From NCBI GenBank assembly GCA_964016885.1, contig OZ024740.1:231756001-231820000 (forward strand): a DNA stretch of 64,000 nt. The letters run 5' to 3'. Origin of the DNA: Eledone cirrhosa (lineage: Eukaryota). Positions 13,442 through 28,145 of the stretch are shown here, in pieces; position 1 is the first letter of the stretch; every line of letters begins with the position of its first letter. The translations under genes were made by a program, and so were the position numbers. Below the pieces are notes generated by a model. That model saw only the letters and a program-made list of their open reading frames with translations. It was not told where the DNA came from and ran no database searches.

Positions 13442-14287
13442 CTAAATTAATAAAATAATGAATAAACAAAGAAACAGTTCCTTATATTAAAAAAATTCAT
13501 CATTTTACGATCGTTTCTAGGATATATATGTGATAGAGTTGGTATGCATATTCTATAGATCTATGTACAGTATTTATACAAACTATCAGAGGGAATATAC
13601 ATACCTACACATATATATGCTGTCTTCAGAAATAATGATATTTGTTTATTGAAAAAACAAAGATTCAATACAATAGGTCTGTTTGGGAACAGGTTTTGAA
13701 TTGACCAATAGAGAGATAGTGAGGGTCAAGATAGTAATATAGTAGTAGAAGAACCTTAAATTATGGGTAGAGGAAGGTAGATTTCATTTTTGGATGGAAA
13801 AGAATATTATGAATGAAGGATTATTTTAGGGGAGAAATAGGTCGTATGCTGACCTTAGAAAAAATTATATTTGTTCATTGAATAAAACCAACAAAGATCT
13901 AATATATTCTGTCTGTTTGGTAAGAAGTTTAGAATTAACCAATAGAAAGTTAATAATTGGCCAAATGGTAAAATAGTAGTAATTGAAGCTTATTTTAGGG
14001 GTGAAAATAGGTCAGGTGGTCAGTAAAAGGTATACAAGCAGTTGTTGTTATAAAATAGTAATGCCAATACAAATATCTAAGGTGACTAAAGTTTTACGAT
14101 AAGAATGTTAGTGAAAAAAATACATCTATGAAAAGAATATAAATTAATTTAATTGATGGGTATATTTATATTGATAAAATTATACTAATACATATAGATA
14201 TAATGAATAAGAGTTAGATGCAGTTGAAAAGTGCTGTTAAAGATGAGGGGAAATTAAAAGAATATAAAAATAATATATATATATATA

Positions 14288-14347
<60 letters not shown>

Positions 14348-14395
14348 TATACACATACATACACACATATACACACACATATATATATATATATA

Positions 14396-14495
<100 letters not shown>

Positions 14496-14644
14496 GGAGG
14501 TGAGTTTTATTGTAGTACAATAAAGCAATGCAATGCAGATATCGGATAAGAAGCACTCTACAGTTTGTGGGACTGGAGTATACATAATATATAAGAACAA
14601 AAGATGGTTAAAGTGTTTTTTAGCCTTCATATCATGTCCTCCTG

Positions 14645-14711
14645 TTTTATCTGATGAAAACACGAATATTATTGCATGATGATATTTGTTTTTGAAATGT
14701 GCATAATAAAA
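14645..14711 (+). ncRNA. Type I hammerhead ribozyme, canonical core
   Basis: ttttat-CTGATGA-aaaca...tgttt tt-GAAA-tgtgca-TA-ataaaa; enclosed by 26-bp inverted repeats 14588-14613 and 14724-14749. Confidence 0.8.
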
Positions 14712-14981
14712 TACATGGAACTCCTTTAACCATCTTTTGTTCTTATATATATGTATATATATATATATATATATATTGACCTGTTTAGCTTGATTTGATT
14801 TTTGGGTTAGGTGGTTAATGCTTTCTTGACCACTTTTTCAGTTTGTAAGGCGTTTTAACATATTGTTTAGCTCTAGTTTTCTTAACTATTGGAGCGCTTG
14901 CCAGCATGCCTACGATTTTGAGTTTCGTTTCGCTTTTTTTAGCAACCGAAATACGATTCTCGGTGAATTTATATCTGTATG

Positions 14982-15056
<75 letters not shown>

Positions 15057-16011
15057 TTGCGTGTGTGTGTGTTTAACAAATGATAAAGCAAACGATACAG
15101 TACATTGAAAAATATAGTAGTTTAATAATAGGAAAAGTGTATTAAAGTTTAGGACATTAGTCCTTCATCAAAAGATGGAATGAGAAAAGGAAGGAACGAA
15201 AGATTTTGAAAAAAGAACACACGCTTATTCAGTGAGCCATTTTGGAGAGATATATGCATATACATGCACCCACATACACATGCACACTCTCGCATATACA
15301 CTCACACACAGAACGAAAAAAAAAAGAGTATTCATACACATATTTTCCAAAAATAACTCCAAATTCTTGATTGAAAGACATCACTAATACTATACTGTTT
15401 TTTTAATTACCAACCACAAAAAGACCTGTAACAAACAAACTAAAACACTCACACACACACACACACACACATAAACACACACACGCACACACACTCATAA
15501 GCACGCGCACACACACACTCACACACACCACACTACAAGAACAAACAAATATATATATATATATACACAATATGCCCCCCAAAACCATTTTTCTTTCTCC
15601 CCCACCCCAAATATTTGTCTGGGTAAGTTTTGATCCCATCATACTTACAATAAGACACACACATGCACACACATATATATGTGTGTGTATGTACCTACAC
15701 ACACACACACACATATATATATATATTTATATACACACTCACACATACAGACTCATACCGTCTAAACCCATATTCATAAAATAGAATTTCTTTTACAATC
15801 CTATTCTTTTGACAACCCTTATACCTCTCTCCCCGATAGCAATTGTCTCTAGCTTACATTTCCTCTCTTTGCCACCCCCATCTGAACTCTTGACCAATAC
15901 TTTAACAGAATTGAGATATATACACATATATTCAAAAAAATTTCCAATCCCTAAAAATATTTTTGTTCTGTGAAAAGACACAACTACCATAACCATCACC
16001 ACCACTACCAG

Positions 16012-16059
<48 letters not shown>

Positions 16060-16472
16060 CTCTCTCTCTATATATAAGGGTCCATTTTTAGACCAAGTCT
16101 TCTTCTCAACAAGAAAGATGATTAGGACTTCTTCAATACTTAATTTAAAATTTCAAATTTTAAATTCTTTTAAATTGTAATATTCAACATTTGATAACCG
16201 TTATATTCAACATCGAAACCGTTATATTTTATATATTTTATATACATTATAAAACTCCTTTTTTAAAAACAATTTTTCCTCTAATTTTTTCAAAAATGTC
16301 ACTTTGACAGATAAAAGAAGAAGAAAAGAAAAAGAGATCCTTTAAACATATTTTCCGTGGTGTTTCGAATTCCACACTTTCTCTATAACCTCTATTTTGT
16401 ATAGAACCTTACTCCTTTTTTCAAATGCACTCACACACAGACACACAGAGGCACACGCACACATATATATAT

Positions 16473-16557
<85 letters not shown>

Positions 16558-16559
16558 AA

Positions 16560-18700
16560 AGAATAGAGGTGTAATACACGAGTTATGATATATTGGTAAA
16601 AGAAAAAGAAAATGCTGACAAATTGTTCCCAGAGAAAAATAGTTTAATTAGGAATAAGTAAAAATTAGTAATAAGTATTGGTTAGTATTCAGTTTTGGTT
16701 TTAAGTTTTTACCGGTTGCGCATTTCTAATGCTTTTCAAAAATAATTTTGAGATAGAGCGCCCGCGATGTTTGCTCTAATCTGATTAGTTTTGGAAATTC
16801 TACCTGTTTTATGTGAAAAAAGTGGCTCCAGAGGTATTAAAATAAGTTTCGCGCCAATTCGTGTTGCAAAAATTATTGTGGTCAAAACAATTTTGATTGG
16901 TCGGTAGGGGTCATGTGAATGTTAAAAATTGATTTTGCGCCAAATGTAGGTTTGTCACGGCTGATTGAGAAGTCACTGAAAAATAAGTCTTTTAAGACAA
17001 ATATGTGTGTGTGTGTGTAGTAGTAGTAAAGAGGTTCATTGTTGTGATAATGGTCAGTAGGGATGTGTGTGAATTGCAGTTTGTTGACAGGTCAACAGTT
17101 CAGGTGCCTATTAAGACAATTGTGTGTGTGTGTGTGTGTAGCAGAGTAATTCGTAGTAGAGGGATCGGCCTGTAGGAATGTGTCTGTACGTGTGTGGGGG
17201 ATATTTTAACATGTTAAAAGATTTTTTTCAGCTCTTGTCTTATACGGAGAAGTGTGTGTGTGTGTGTATATGTCTCTTTGTATGTTAGTGTATGCGTGTG
17301 TATGTGTGTGTGTATATATGTGTGTGTGTGTGTGCATACGTGTGTATGTGTGTGTGTGTGTGTGGGTGGATCAGTATTTTTGTGATACTGGTAAAAATGG
17401 TGTACATTATTCGATATTTTCAATAAAAACGATTCTCTCAATAGAACATCAAAAACATTAATAATAAAAGGTGTGAAATGATATATAGTATTGGCATAAG
17501 ACCAAGGTGTGTGTGAGTGTCCAGATTGTACGTACTGCAAGGGGAATCCATTAGGCCCTGCCGTATTTGAATACTTGCGTACAAATATGTATGTGCCCAT
17601 CAGTGTGCAATGCATGTGTGCGTATATGTATGTGTGTGTGTCGGCACGTTTATATCTATAGACATCAAAAGGTATGCAAATTTGTGTATATTTGTGTTGC
17701 ACCATAGAACATGTGTGTTTACGTATGTCATTGTGTTTATATGTGGATAGAGATGTATATAGGATGTATGCTGATGTAGGTATGTATGTTGACGTGTGTA
17801 TGTTGTGGGTTCGTCTTAAGGAGAAGTGTTTAGACGGGGTCCGTATTTGTTAATAAAGTAAGATTCCTTGCTGATGCGCTGGGTGTAGGTAGCATTATCT
17901 TTAAATTTGTAGAGGGGAAAGTTTCTGAAATCGGGATGATTTTGGGCGGCACAGGTATCAATGTGTTCACTCAGTGGTATTTTCCTTTATTCCCGTATTT
18001 TAATTTGGGATTTATGGACAGTCATGCGTTGGCGGAGGCTGTTTTTGGTCTGGCCTATGTATTGTTCTCGACAACCTGAGCAAGTTAATACATATATTAG
18101 ATTTTCTGATGCGCATGTGAAATTGTGTTTTACTATAAAACGTTGTCCTTCTTTGAAATAGAATTCCGAACCCTCTATTAGGTTGATGCATATGCCACAG
18201 TTGAGTCTATCGCATGTTTTTACTGTGGGTTTGGTTGTTGTGGTTGGCAGTACTTTGGCATGTGTTAGGATGTTTTTCATTGAATTAGATTGTCTTTTGC
18301 TCTTTATGATATCGTGTGTTCGTCGGATTTTGTTCATTCTATGGTCCTTTTTTAACACAGGGATGTTCTGGAGGATGGTGTCAAAGGCCTCATTGTTGAG
18401 GAGGTTGTGTGTGGAGATGTATGGAAGAGCTTTTAGTTTCGGTTGATTTACTTTAGGGTGTCTAAGGTCCTGGGTACTGAGTTTTAGGGCACGTTGGATT
18501 CCATTGTCAATTAGTGATGCAGGGTAGTCCCTGCCTATGAGTGTGCCCTTTAATTCTTGTAGCCGTAAGTAACAGGTGTTTTTATTGGAGACTATAGTAC
18601 AGATTCTCTTGGCTAAGTTGTAGGGAATATTAATTTTAACGTGTCTAGGGTGGCAAGATTTGAAAGGAAGATATTGCTTGGAGTCTGTGGGCTTGTAGTA
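16560..18700 (-). mobile_element. 5'-truncated Penelope-like element between (TA)n tracts, with a degenerate HHR at 16706-16742
   Basis: Coding remnant (next feature), then CA-rich 3' region and TTGAAAA-gcat tagaa atgc-GCAA-ccgg-TA. Confidence 0.8.
17816..18700 (-). pseudogene. Penelope RT thumb plus GIY-YIG endonuclease (one in-frame stop seen)
   Basis: [24 protein letters not shown]...CDRLNCGIC...[36 protein letters not shown]...KESYFINKYGPRLN. Confidence 0.93.
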
Positions 18701-18709
18701 TATGTCTGT

Positions 18710-18838
<129 letters not shown>

Positions 18839-18946
18839 TTAGAAAATGAGGCTTTTTTTTCAAAATGTAAAAAAACGAGATGCCCTACTCGAGTGAAAGT
18901 AAAAGGAAAATGTAACTGGAATCTTTTTAAGAATATTTATTTGGTT

Positions 18947-18983
18947 CCTTTACCGGTTTCGCAATTCTTATGCTTTTCAAAAG
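18947..18983 (-). ncRNA. Minimal type I hammerhead, U3-A8 core variant
   Basis: Reverse complement ctt-TTGAAAA-gca taagaat tgc-GAAA-ccgg-TA-aag. Confidence 0.75.
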
Positions 18984-19019
18984 TAGTATTGAGATAAAGG
19001 GTTTGTTGTTTTCCTCGAG

Positions 19020-21993
19020 AAAATCTCATTATGTCGACATTTAAATGGCATTTCTATAAAAGTCTCAGTATGCCGACATTTTAATGGCATTTCTATCAGA
19101 ACTCACATTATGCCGACCCTTTAATGGCATTTCTATCAAAATCCTCATGATGCCCATATTTAAATTGCATTTCTATCAAAAATCTCATGATGCCGACATT
19201 TTAAAGTCATTTCTATCAAAAACCAAATTATGTCGACATTTTAATGACATTTCTATCAAAAATCTCATCATGCCGACATTTGAATGGCATTTCTATCAAA
19301 ACTCTCATGATGCCGATATTTTAATAGCATTTCTATCAAAAATCTCATTATGCCGACATTTTAATGGCCTTTCTATCAACATTTTCATTATTATGACATT
19401 TTAATGGCTATTCTACAAAAATCTCATTATGCCGACATTTTAATGACATTTCTATAAAAAATCTCATTATGCCGACGTTTTAATGGCATTTCTATAAAAA
19501 GTCTCATTATGCCGACATATTAATGTAATTTCTATTAAAAAAATCTCATTGTGCCGACATTTCAATGGCATTTCAATCAAAATTCTCATGACGCCGACAT
19601 TTTAATGGCATTTCTATCAAAAATCTCATAATGCCCATATTTAAATTGCATTTCTATCAAAAATCTCATGATGCGGACATTTTAATGTCATTTCTATCAA
19701 AAATCAAATTATGCCGACATTTTAATGGCATTTCTATCAAAAATCTCATTATGCCGACATTTTAATGGCATTTATATAAACAATCTCATTATGCTGACAT
19801 ATTAATGGCATTTCTATAAATAATCTCATGACGCCGACATTTTAATTACATTTAAAAAAAAATCATAATGGCGACATTTTAATGGCATTTCCATAAAAAT
19901 CTGATGATGCCGACATTTTGATGACATTTCTATAAAACATCTGATGATGCAGACATGTTAATGGCATTTCTATCAAATATCTCATGATGCCGACATTTTA
20001 ATGTCATTTCGAACTAAAATCTCATAATGTCGACATTTTAATAGCAGTTCTATCAAAAATCTCATGATGCCAACATTTTAATGGCATTTCCACCAAAAAT
20101 CTCATTATGTCGACATTTTAATTGCATTTCCTTCAAAAACTTCATGATGCCGATATTTAAATGGCAATTCTATAAAAAATCTCATGATACCGACATTTTA
20201 ATGGTATTTCTATCAACAATCAAATTATGCCGACATTTTAATGGCATTTCTATCAAAAATCTCATGATGCCGATATTTTAATGGTATTTCTATCAAAAAT
20301 CTCATAACGCCGACATTTTAATGGCATTTCTATCCAAAATCTCATTATGCCGACATTTTAATTACATTTGTATAAAAAGTCTCATCATGCCGACATTTTA
20401 ACAGCATTTCCATAAAAAATCTGATGATGCCGATATTTTGATGAAATTTTTCTAAAAAATCTCATTATGCCGACATTTTAATGGCTATTCTACAAAAATC
20501 GCATGCCGACATTTTAATGACATTTTTTTATCAAAAATCTCATGATGTCGACATTTTAATGGCATTTCTATAAACAAATTGTCATTATGCCGACATTTTA
20601 ATGGCATTTCTATCACAAATCTCATTATGCCGACATTTCAATGCTATTTCAATCAAAAATCTCACGATGCCGACATTTTAATGGCATTTCTATCAAAAAT
20701 CTCATTATGCCGACTTTTTAAGCGCATTTCTATCAAAAATCTCTTGATGCTGACATTTTAATCGCATTTCTATCAACAATCTGATGATGCCGACATTTTG
20801 ATGATATTTCTATCAAAAATCTCATTATGCCGACATTTTAATGGCATTTCTATAAAAAAAACTCCCATTATGCCGATATTTCAATGGTATTTCAATGAAA
20901 AATCTCATGATGCCGATATTTTAATGGCATTTCTATAAAAAATCTCATGATGCCCATATTTAAATGGCATTTCTATCAGAAATTTCATGATGCCGACATT
21001 TTAATGGCATTTCTATCAAAAATCTATCAAATAACATCATTATGTTGACATTTTAATGACATTTCTATCAATAAATCTAATTTTGTTGACATTTTAATGG
21101 CATTTCTATCAAGAACATCTTATTATGTTGACATTTTAATAGCATTTCTATCAAAAAATCTCATTAGGCCGACATTTTAATGGCATTTCTATCAAAAATC
21201 TCATTATGTCGACAATCTAATGGCATTTCTATCAAAAATCTCAGTATGTCGACAATCTAATGGCATTTCTATCAAAAATCTCATTATGTCGACAATCTAA
21301 TGGCATTTCTATCAAAAATCTCATTATGTCGACAATCTAATGGCATTTCTATCAAAAATCTCATTATGTCGACAATCTAATGGCATTTCTATCAAAAATC
21401 CCATTATGTCGACAATCTAATGGCATTTCTATCAAAAATCTCATTATGTCGACATTTTAATGGCATTTCTATAACAAATCTCATGCCGGTATTTTAATGC
21501 CGTTTCTATAAAAATCTCATGATGCCAATATTTTAATGGCATTTCTATTAAAAAAATCATATAATGTCGACATTTTATTTGCATTTCTATAAAAAATCTC
21601 AGGATGTCGCCATTTTAATGGCATTTCTATAAAAAAAATATCATTATGTTGATATTTTAATGGCATTTTTATCAAACAAATCTCATTATGTTGACATTTT
21701 AATTGCATTTTTTATCAAATGATATCATTATGTTGACATTTTAATGACATTTCTATCAATCAATCTAATTATGTTGACATTTTAATGTCATTTCTATCAA
21801 GAACATCTTATTATGTTGACATTTTAATAGCATTTCTATCAACAACTCTCATTATGTCGACATTTTAATGGCCTTTCTATCAACAATATCGTCATGTTTA
21901 CATTTTAATGGCATTTCTATAAAAAATCTCATCATTTTTACATTTTAATGGCATTTCCATAAAAAATCTCATTACGTTTACATGTTATTGGCA
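19020..21993 (+). repeat. 40-bp satellite/minisatellite, ~74 diverged units (consensus aaaaatctcattatgccgacattttaatggcatttctatc)
   Basis: Clear 40-bp period; homogeneous variant block at ~21194-21435. Confidence 0.97.
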
Positions 21994-22064
21994 AGAAACC
22001 GGTAAAGGACCCAAATAAATATTCTTAAAAAGATTCCAGTTGCATTATCGATTTCATCTTTTTT

Positions 22065-22105
<41 letters not shown>

Positions 22106-22299
22106 CTCGTTTATAATTGATCGTATACGGTCTCTCTTACGCGTATGTCATATAACATTTTATACATCTAATACTGTATTTTGTCTCAAGTAGGCTTACT
22201 ATAATTTAGTATCCCTGAAATATATATAGTGAAATAAATAATGATGCTATTGTGTTATATATTCTATTTATTATGTATATATATATATATATATATAAA

Positions 22300-22862
22300 T
22301 ATCACGATAAATTAACGGAGCCATAGACTCTCGTTATTCCCTGTAAATTATGTGCTCAAAGGAAAAGAAAACCCAAGCTCTTTAAAATACAATATGTTGA
22401 AAAGGTAACACACTAGAGATGGTGTGCCATAAATAAAACAGGGAAAACCACCAGTGTCTCCTTATAACAGTCTTTCCTCTCTCTCTGTTTGGTTGAGCAC
22501 ACTTCTTTGAGTGGTTTTTGGGCTGCCCTTTCTAGCAGCTCGTCCCTCAGATACCACTGGTTCACTGCCCTAAACACGCTGTAACATCTCTCTGCCACGT
22601 GTAGATGGACGGTCGCTTTAGATTCTCTTAGAGTTGTCTGGAATGTATAGTCTTGCACGCGCTGATGAACCATAGGCTATCCCATTTCAGTCAACAACTT
22701 CCTGACAAAACAGATCTCTTTGGATTTGTACACGTGTGTTATATAGTTATAGAGGTGCGTATATACATTTTAATTTATATTTTTAATTATTGTGTCTTCC
22801 CTGCCTTCCATAGATTATAGATTCGATACACTGGTGGTTTTCCCTGTTTTATTGATAGCATA

Positions 22863-22870
<8 letters not shown>
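22300..22870. repeat. Dispersed repeat, homologue at 60350-60960; ~45-bp internal inverted repeat (22415-22459 / 22827-22870)
   Basis: Long alignment with 60355-60440 and 60542-60950. Confidence 0.8.
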
Positions 22871-22935
<65 letters not shown>

Positions 22936-22937
22936 CT

Positions 22938-22975
<38 letters not shown>

Positions 22976-22979
22976 CATA

Positions 22980-23228
22980 TTGAAAAAAGTGAGGAATAAC
23001 ATAGTCAACAGTACAAAAATGGGTTTTATTTACAGTCTGACAATTGTTTCACTGATTAAGTTGTCTAAAAATTGCTGAACACTTGAAGCAATGCCACTCT
23101 ATTTTAATACGTTGTTAGCTTCAAGTGTTCAGCAATTTTTAGACAAGTTAATCAGTGAAACAATTGTCAGACTGTAAATAAAACCCATTTTTGTACTGTT
23201 GACCATGTTATTCTTCACTTTTTCAATA
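22980..23228. repeat. Fold-back palindrome, ~110-bp arms
   Basis: tgaaaaaagtgaggaataac...cttgaagc / gcttcaag...ttcactttttca. Confidence 0.92.
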
Positions 23229-23391
23229 TTATTATTCCAAGATAAACTTACATAGGAATACGAGTGAAATCATAAACTCGCCACCTACGTAAACCCTTTG
23301 TTGAGTCAAACAACACCGTACGCTAAAACTATCCATAATACGAAGTATTCACAACCTCTAAATGGATTACCTATAACGATATTTTGTTATC

Positions 23392-23438
<47 letters not shown>

Positions 23439-23443
<5 letters not shown>

Positions 23444-23720
23444 AAAAAGAGATGAAATCGAAAATGCAACTGAAGTCTTATTTTAAAAAAAAATATATAT
23501 ATTTATTTGGTTCCTTTACCGGTTTCGCAGTTCTTCTGCTTTTCAAAAGGTGAGTTGAGATGGAGGGTCTGTGGTTTTTCTCACATCTGACCCTCCATCT
23601 CAACTCACCTTTTGAAAAGCAGAAGAACTGCGAAACCGGTAAAGGAACCAAATAAATATATATATTTAAAAAAAAAAATAAGACTTCAGTTGCATTTTCG
23701 ATTTCATCTCTTTTTCTTTA
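23439..23720. repeat. Fold-back palindrome, ~130-bp arms, each with an HHR (23513-23550 minus, 23608-23645 plus)
   Basis: Near-perfect inverted arms around a ~19-bp spacer. Confidence 0.93.
23608..23645 (+). ncRNA. Minimal type I hammerhead, U3-A8 core variant
   Basis: cctt-TTGAAAA-gcag aagaa ctgc-GAAA-ccgg-TA-aagg; GUA cleavage triplet. Confidence 0.82.
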
Positions 23721-23804
23721 TACTTTCATTCGTGTAGGACACCTCGGTTATTTTTCATTTTGTAAAAAAAACCTCACTTTCTAATATATATATATATATA
23801 TATA

Positions 23805-24573
<769 letters not shown>

Positions 24574-24869
24574 AGTTCAAAAGAAGAAATCTCAATAAAA
24601 TTCTATCAACGCAAACATAGCTATAAATCAAATATTTGATTATTTGAACAGAGTATACGTTTATGCAAATAATCTCTTCTTTCATAATTTAGAAACGGCT
24701 GTCATTTAAGATCTGCGATCCGTAGATATATTCATTTCGAAATATTAAAGATGAATATGAATTTGACTACAATATTTAAAATGTGATATTGTATATGCAA
24801 TGCCAGTTTGTGCCACAAATTTGCGAACCCCTCTATTGTTATAATGTATCTGAGCCGTCAACAAAACAA

Positions 24870-25200
24870 AGAATGGACGGGAAAATTTTATGGGTGTCTT
24901 TCGACATAAACAGAAATCGTCGGCCACAAAACCCTGTACTGCGGCCCACTATGCAGAGGAAAGGAAGGTAAACAAATACCGGGGATATTCTGGCCGCCTC
25001 CGTTTCGCACCGGTTGTCGTCGTGGCTTCAGGCGTACTGCCGAGGTCTTCGGCAAGATCGGGACGTCGTTAGCCCGTCTGAGGAAGGAGTCCGCGTAGTG
25101 TGGTGGCTGTTGCAGCGGGTGTCGTTGGACATTCTCAGCAGGAAGGCTTTTGCGGTCTTGTCAGTGAGGCGCAGCCCCATTACGGCCACGCCCTAGGCCC
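24870..25200 (+). pseudogene. C-terminal restriction-like endonuclease remnant of a CRE-like non-LTR retrotransposon
   Basis: Across frames: AAHYAEERKVNKYRG...RFAPVVVVASG...GRR...WLLQRVSLDILSRKAFAVL, matching the AExRKxxKY...FxPxxxExxG...QRxSxAxxRGN pattern. Confidence 0.62.
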
Positions 25201-25520
25201 AGAACCCAATCACTCTCCCCTTCTCCCTCTCCATTCTTCTGTGACATTAGAGCCCTTGCCTTTCCCTTTCTTTTCAGTTTTCTATTATATTTTCCGTTCT
25301 TTCTTTTCAATCTAATTTATTTTTTTGTCATATTTGGGGATGGTCATATTGTTATAATGTTGCCAGAAATACTAATAAAACACACTAATTGTTTGGCTTG
25401 GGTTGGTTTTCGATTCTGTATCTTTTATATCTCCATAGTTAATTTATCTAGCAAGCAATGTTTTTCATTGATTAACCAACGGTTAAAAATACAGATATAA
25501 ATATATATATATATAGTCTA

Positions 25521-25560
25521 TCAAAGTTCTTTCATCACACACCTGTAACATCATCAGTGG
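25521..25560 (-). ncRNA. Hammerhead motif in pLTR-like repeat (25330-25560; family of 11146 and 42871)
   Basis: Reverse complement cca-CTGATGA-t gttaca ggtg tgtgat-GAAA-gaac-TT-tg. Confidence 0.65.
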
Positions 25561-25989
25561 TATTAATATGTTTCCTCCCGTTGTATTGTAATGTCTACGC
25601 CTTTTTTAATTTAATTTTATTTTATTTTTCTATTGAATTGTTTTTACTATTATAAACTGTAAATAAATTAAAATTGATGAGAGTACGTAAAAAATTACGA
25701 CTAGAAATAAATTGACATCGAACTTAACATGTAAAATATGCAACACAATAGCGGCGGAAAGACTAACAGAATGAAAAATTTGACTTTAGTGATAGGAACG
25801 TGGCTGGACTGGGGAGATGAAGAAATGAGGTCTACTACTTGTAAAGGTTAAGGGATGATGAAAGAGGGATAGACCAAAGACCACAGAGGAAGAAAAAAAG
25901 AGAACGATAGTGAGTAAAACGGGGTGGGAAGCAGGGAGAATGAGGGAGAGAAGTTGCTATATATATATACACACATACACACATATATG

Positions 25990-26150
<161 letters not shown>

Positions 26151-26245
26151 TATGAGTATATTTTGGTTGTTTACCGACACCTTAGTATGCAGATTGGAGC
26201 ACTCGACGAAGTGCGCAGGTTGGTTTGGTTACTCCGGAGTAATGT

Positions 26246-26659
26246 AAAATAAATTAAAATAAATAAGTCAAATATTTAAAATTTGGCTTCGTTTATTACT
26301 GCTATATATATTTAGGTGACAGCCATCTTTGGCTGCACATCAGAAAGAATTTCTATAAACTTTTGACTGAGGAATGTTCTCACAACTGACCAAAGGGAGG
26401 AGAGGATGTCCTTTGACGCTGAAATTCGTTTGTTTAAATTCATATGATTCCAGTTCCTCATAGAAACAACAACCCAACCAGGAACTGGGCATATCAGAGT
26501 ATTGAGAAAGTTAAACACCCCAACAACATGTGTACTCGTCTCTACCACACTTATTCGAACTGACTGAAGAGGTCACAGCCAAAGATGGCTGTCACTGAAA
26601 TATATATAGCAGTAATAAACGAAGCCAAATTTTAAATATTTGACTTATTTATTTTAATT

Positions 26660-26665
<6 letters not shown>
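26246..26665. repeat. Inverted repeat, ~90-bp arms, 240-bp spacer
   Basis: Arms 26246-26336 and 26576-26665. Confidence 0.9.
26559..26613 (+). ncRNA. Type I hammerhead, canonical core
   Basis: actga-CTGAAGA-ggtc acagcc aaagat ggctgt cact-GAAA-tatata-TA-gcagt. Confidence 0.75.
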
Positions 26666-26741
<76 letters not shown>

Positions 26742-27164
26742 GAAGAGAGAGAGATAATTTGCATGCGGAATGAAGAGATCTGTTAAGCATATGAAAACGT
26801 ATAAAGATATTATACATTTATACACCACGTGTCCAACGAACGGGCTCGATTTGTAGAAAACTCTACCTTGTGTGAGTGTGTATATATATATATATATACA
26901 CACATTCACACAAATATGTATATATATATATAAATGAAAATAGAGAAATTAATGTAAGCAAAAAGCCGACAATAATTCAGACATATAAGTGACTATAACA
27001 TGAAGATGAAACATGTTTAACGGAAGATATGGGATAAATAATTCAATCTTAATTCAAAACAAGTCAAGAAGAAAATTTTATCCTCAGACTTTGTGTAAGC
27101 TGGGGAAAAAACAACAGAATCTTAACTCAAAATAAAATCAAGAAGAAATACTTAACCGTCAATT

Positions 27165-27367
<203 letters not shown>

Positions 27368-27402
27368 CATATATATATATATATAAATATACTTAACCGT
27401 CA

Positions 27403-27433
<31 letters not shown>

Positions 27434-27531
27434 ACGTTTATTGATTTGTGACGCGCGTTTCGCTATTGATCAGCTCAAGGTTCGATCTGAATAGATCTGG
27501 CCCGACTCTGGAATCAAAAGCTCGTCGGACT

Positions 27532-27612
<81 letters not shown>

Positions 27613-27722
27613 CAAGCAGCAGAAGTCCGACGAGCTTTTGATTCCAGAGTCGGGCGGGATCTATTCAGATCGAACCTTGAGCTGATCAATAGCGAAACGC
27701 GCGTCACAAATCAATAAGCGTA
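27434..27722. repeat. Inverted repeat (~100-bp arms) around a (TA)n spacer; arms carry an HHR-like motif (27625-27707 plus)
   Basis: gt-CCGACGA-gct...agc-GAAA-cgcgcg-TC-ac; mirror ORFs 27438-27707 and 27448-27717 are artefacts. Confidence 0.88.
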
Positions 27723-27852
27723 ACGAAGCCTTAACAAACCATCCATGTATTATTATATTACACTATGTTTCGCTCTACACCTCGCCACTGACGTGAACCT
27801 AAACACCGAGTGCTCACCTGGGTGAACCTACAGTAACTTCACGTTACACTCC

Positions 27853-27893
<41 letters not shown>

Positions 27894-27929
27894 TCGATCG
27901 ACTATCGATATATATATATATATATATAT

Positions 27930-28145
27930 CGACAGTCGATCGACTTGCGTCAAACCAGACCTAGGAAACGATGTTTCCATTGGTCTTTCCAATTGCTAAT
28001 ATTATCTATCGGTCGCAACTCCAGGTAGAAGGAGCAACGTGAAATAAAGTGTCTTGCTCAAGGACATAACGCATCACCCGGTCTAGGAATCGAACTCACA
28101 AGCTCACGATTACGAATCCAATTCTCTAACAACTCAGCCACGCGC
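27930..28145 (-). mobile_element. tRNA-derived SINE (same family as 50117-50325)
   Basis: Reverse complement cgcgtggctgagttgttagag...gagttcgattcc. Confidence 0.85.

Noticed and set aside
19020-21993. CRISPR-like regular array
   Set aside because: Units are contiguous with no unique spacers, no cas genes, eukaryotic context
22660-22725. CTGATGA (CTGAAGA at ~60745) in the 22300/60350 repeat family as an HHR core
   Set aside because: Could not close stem II onto a GAAA or form stem I in both copies
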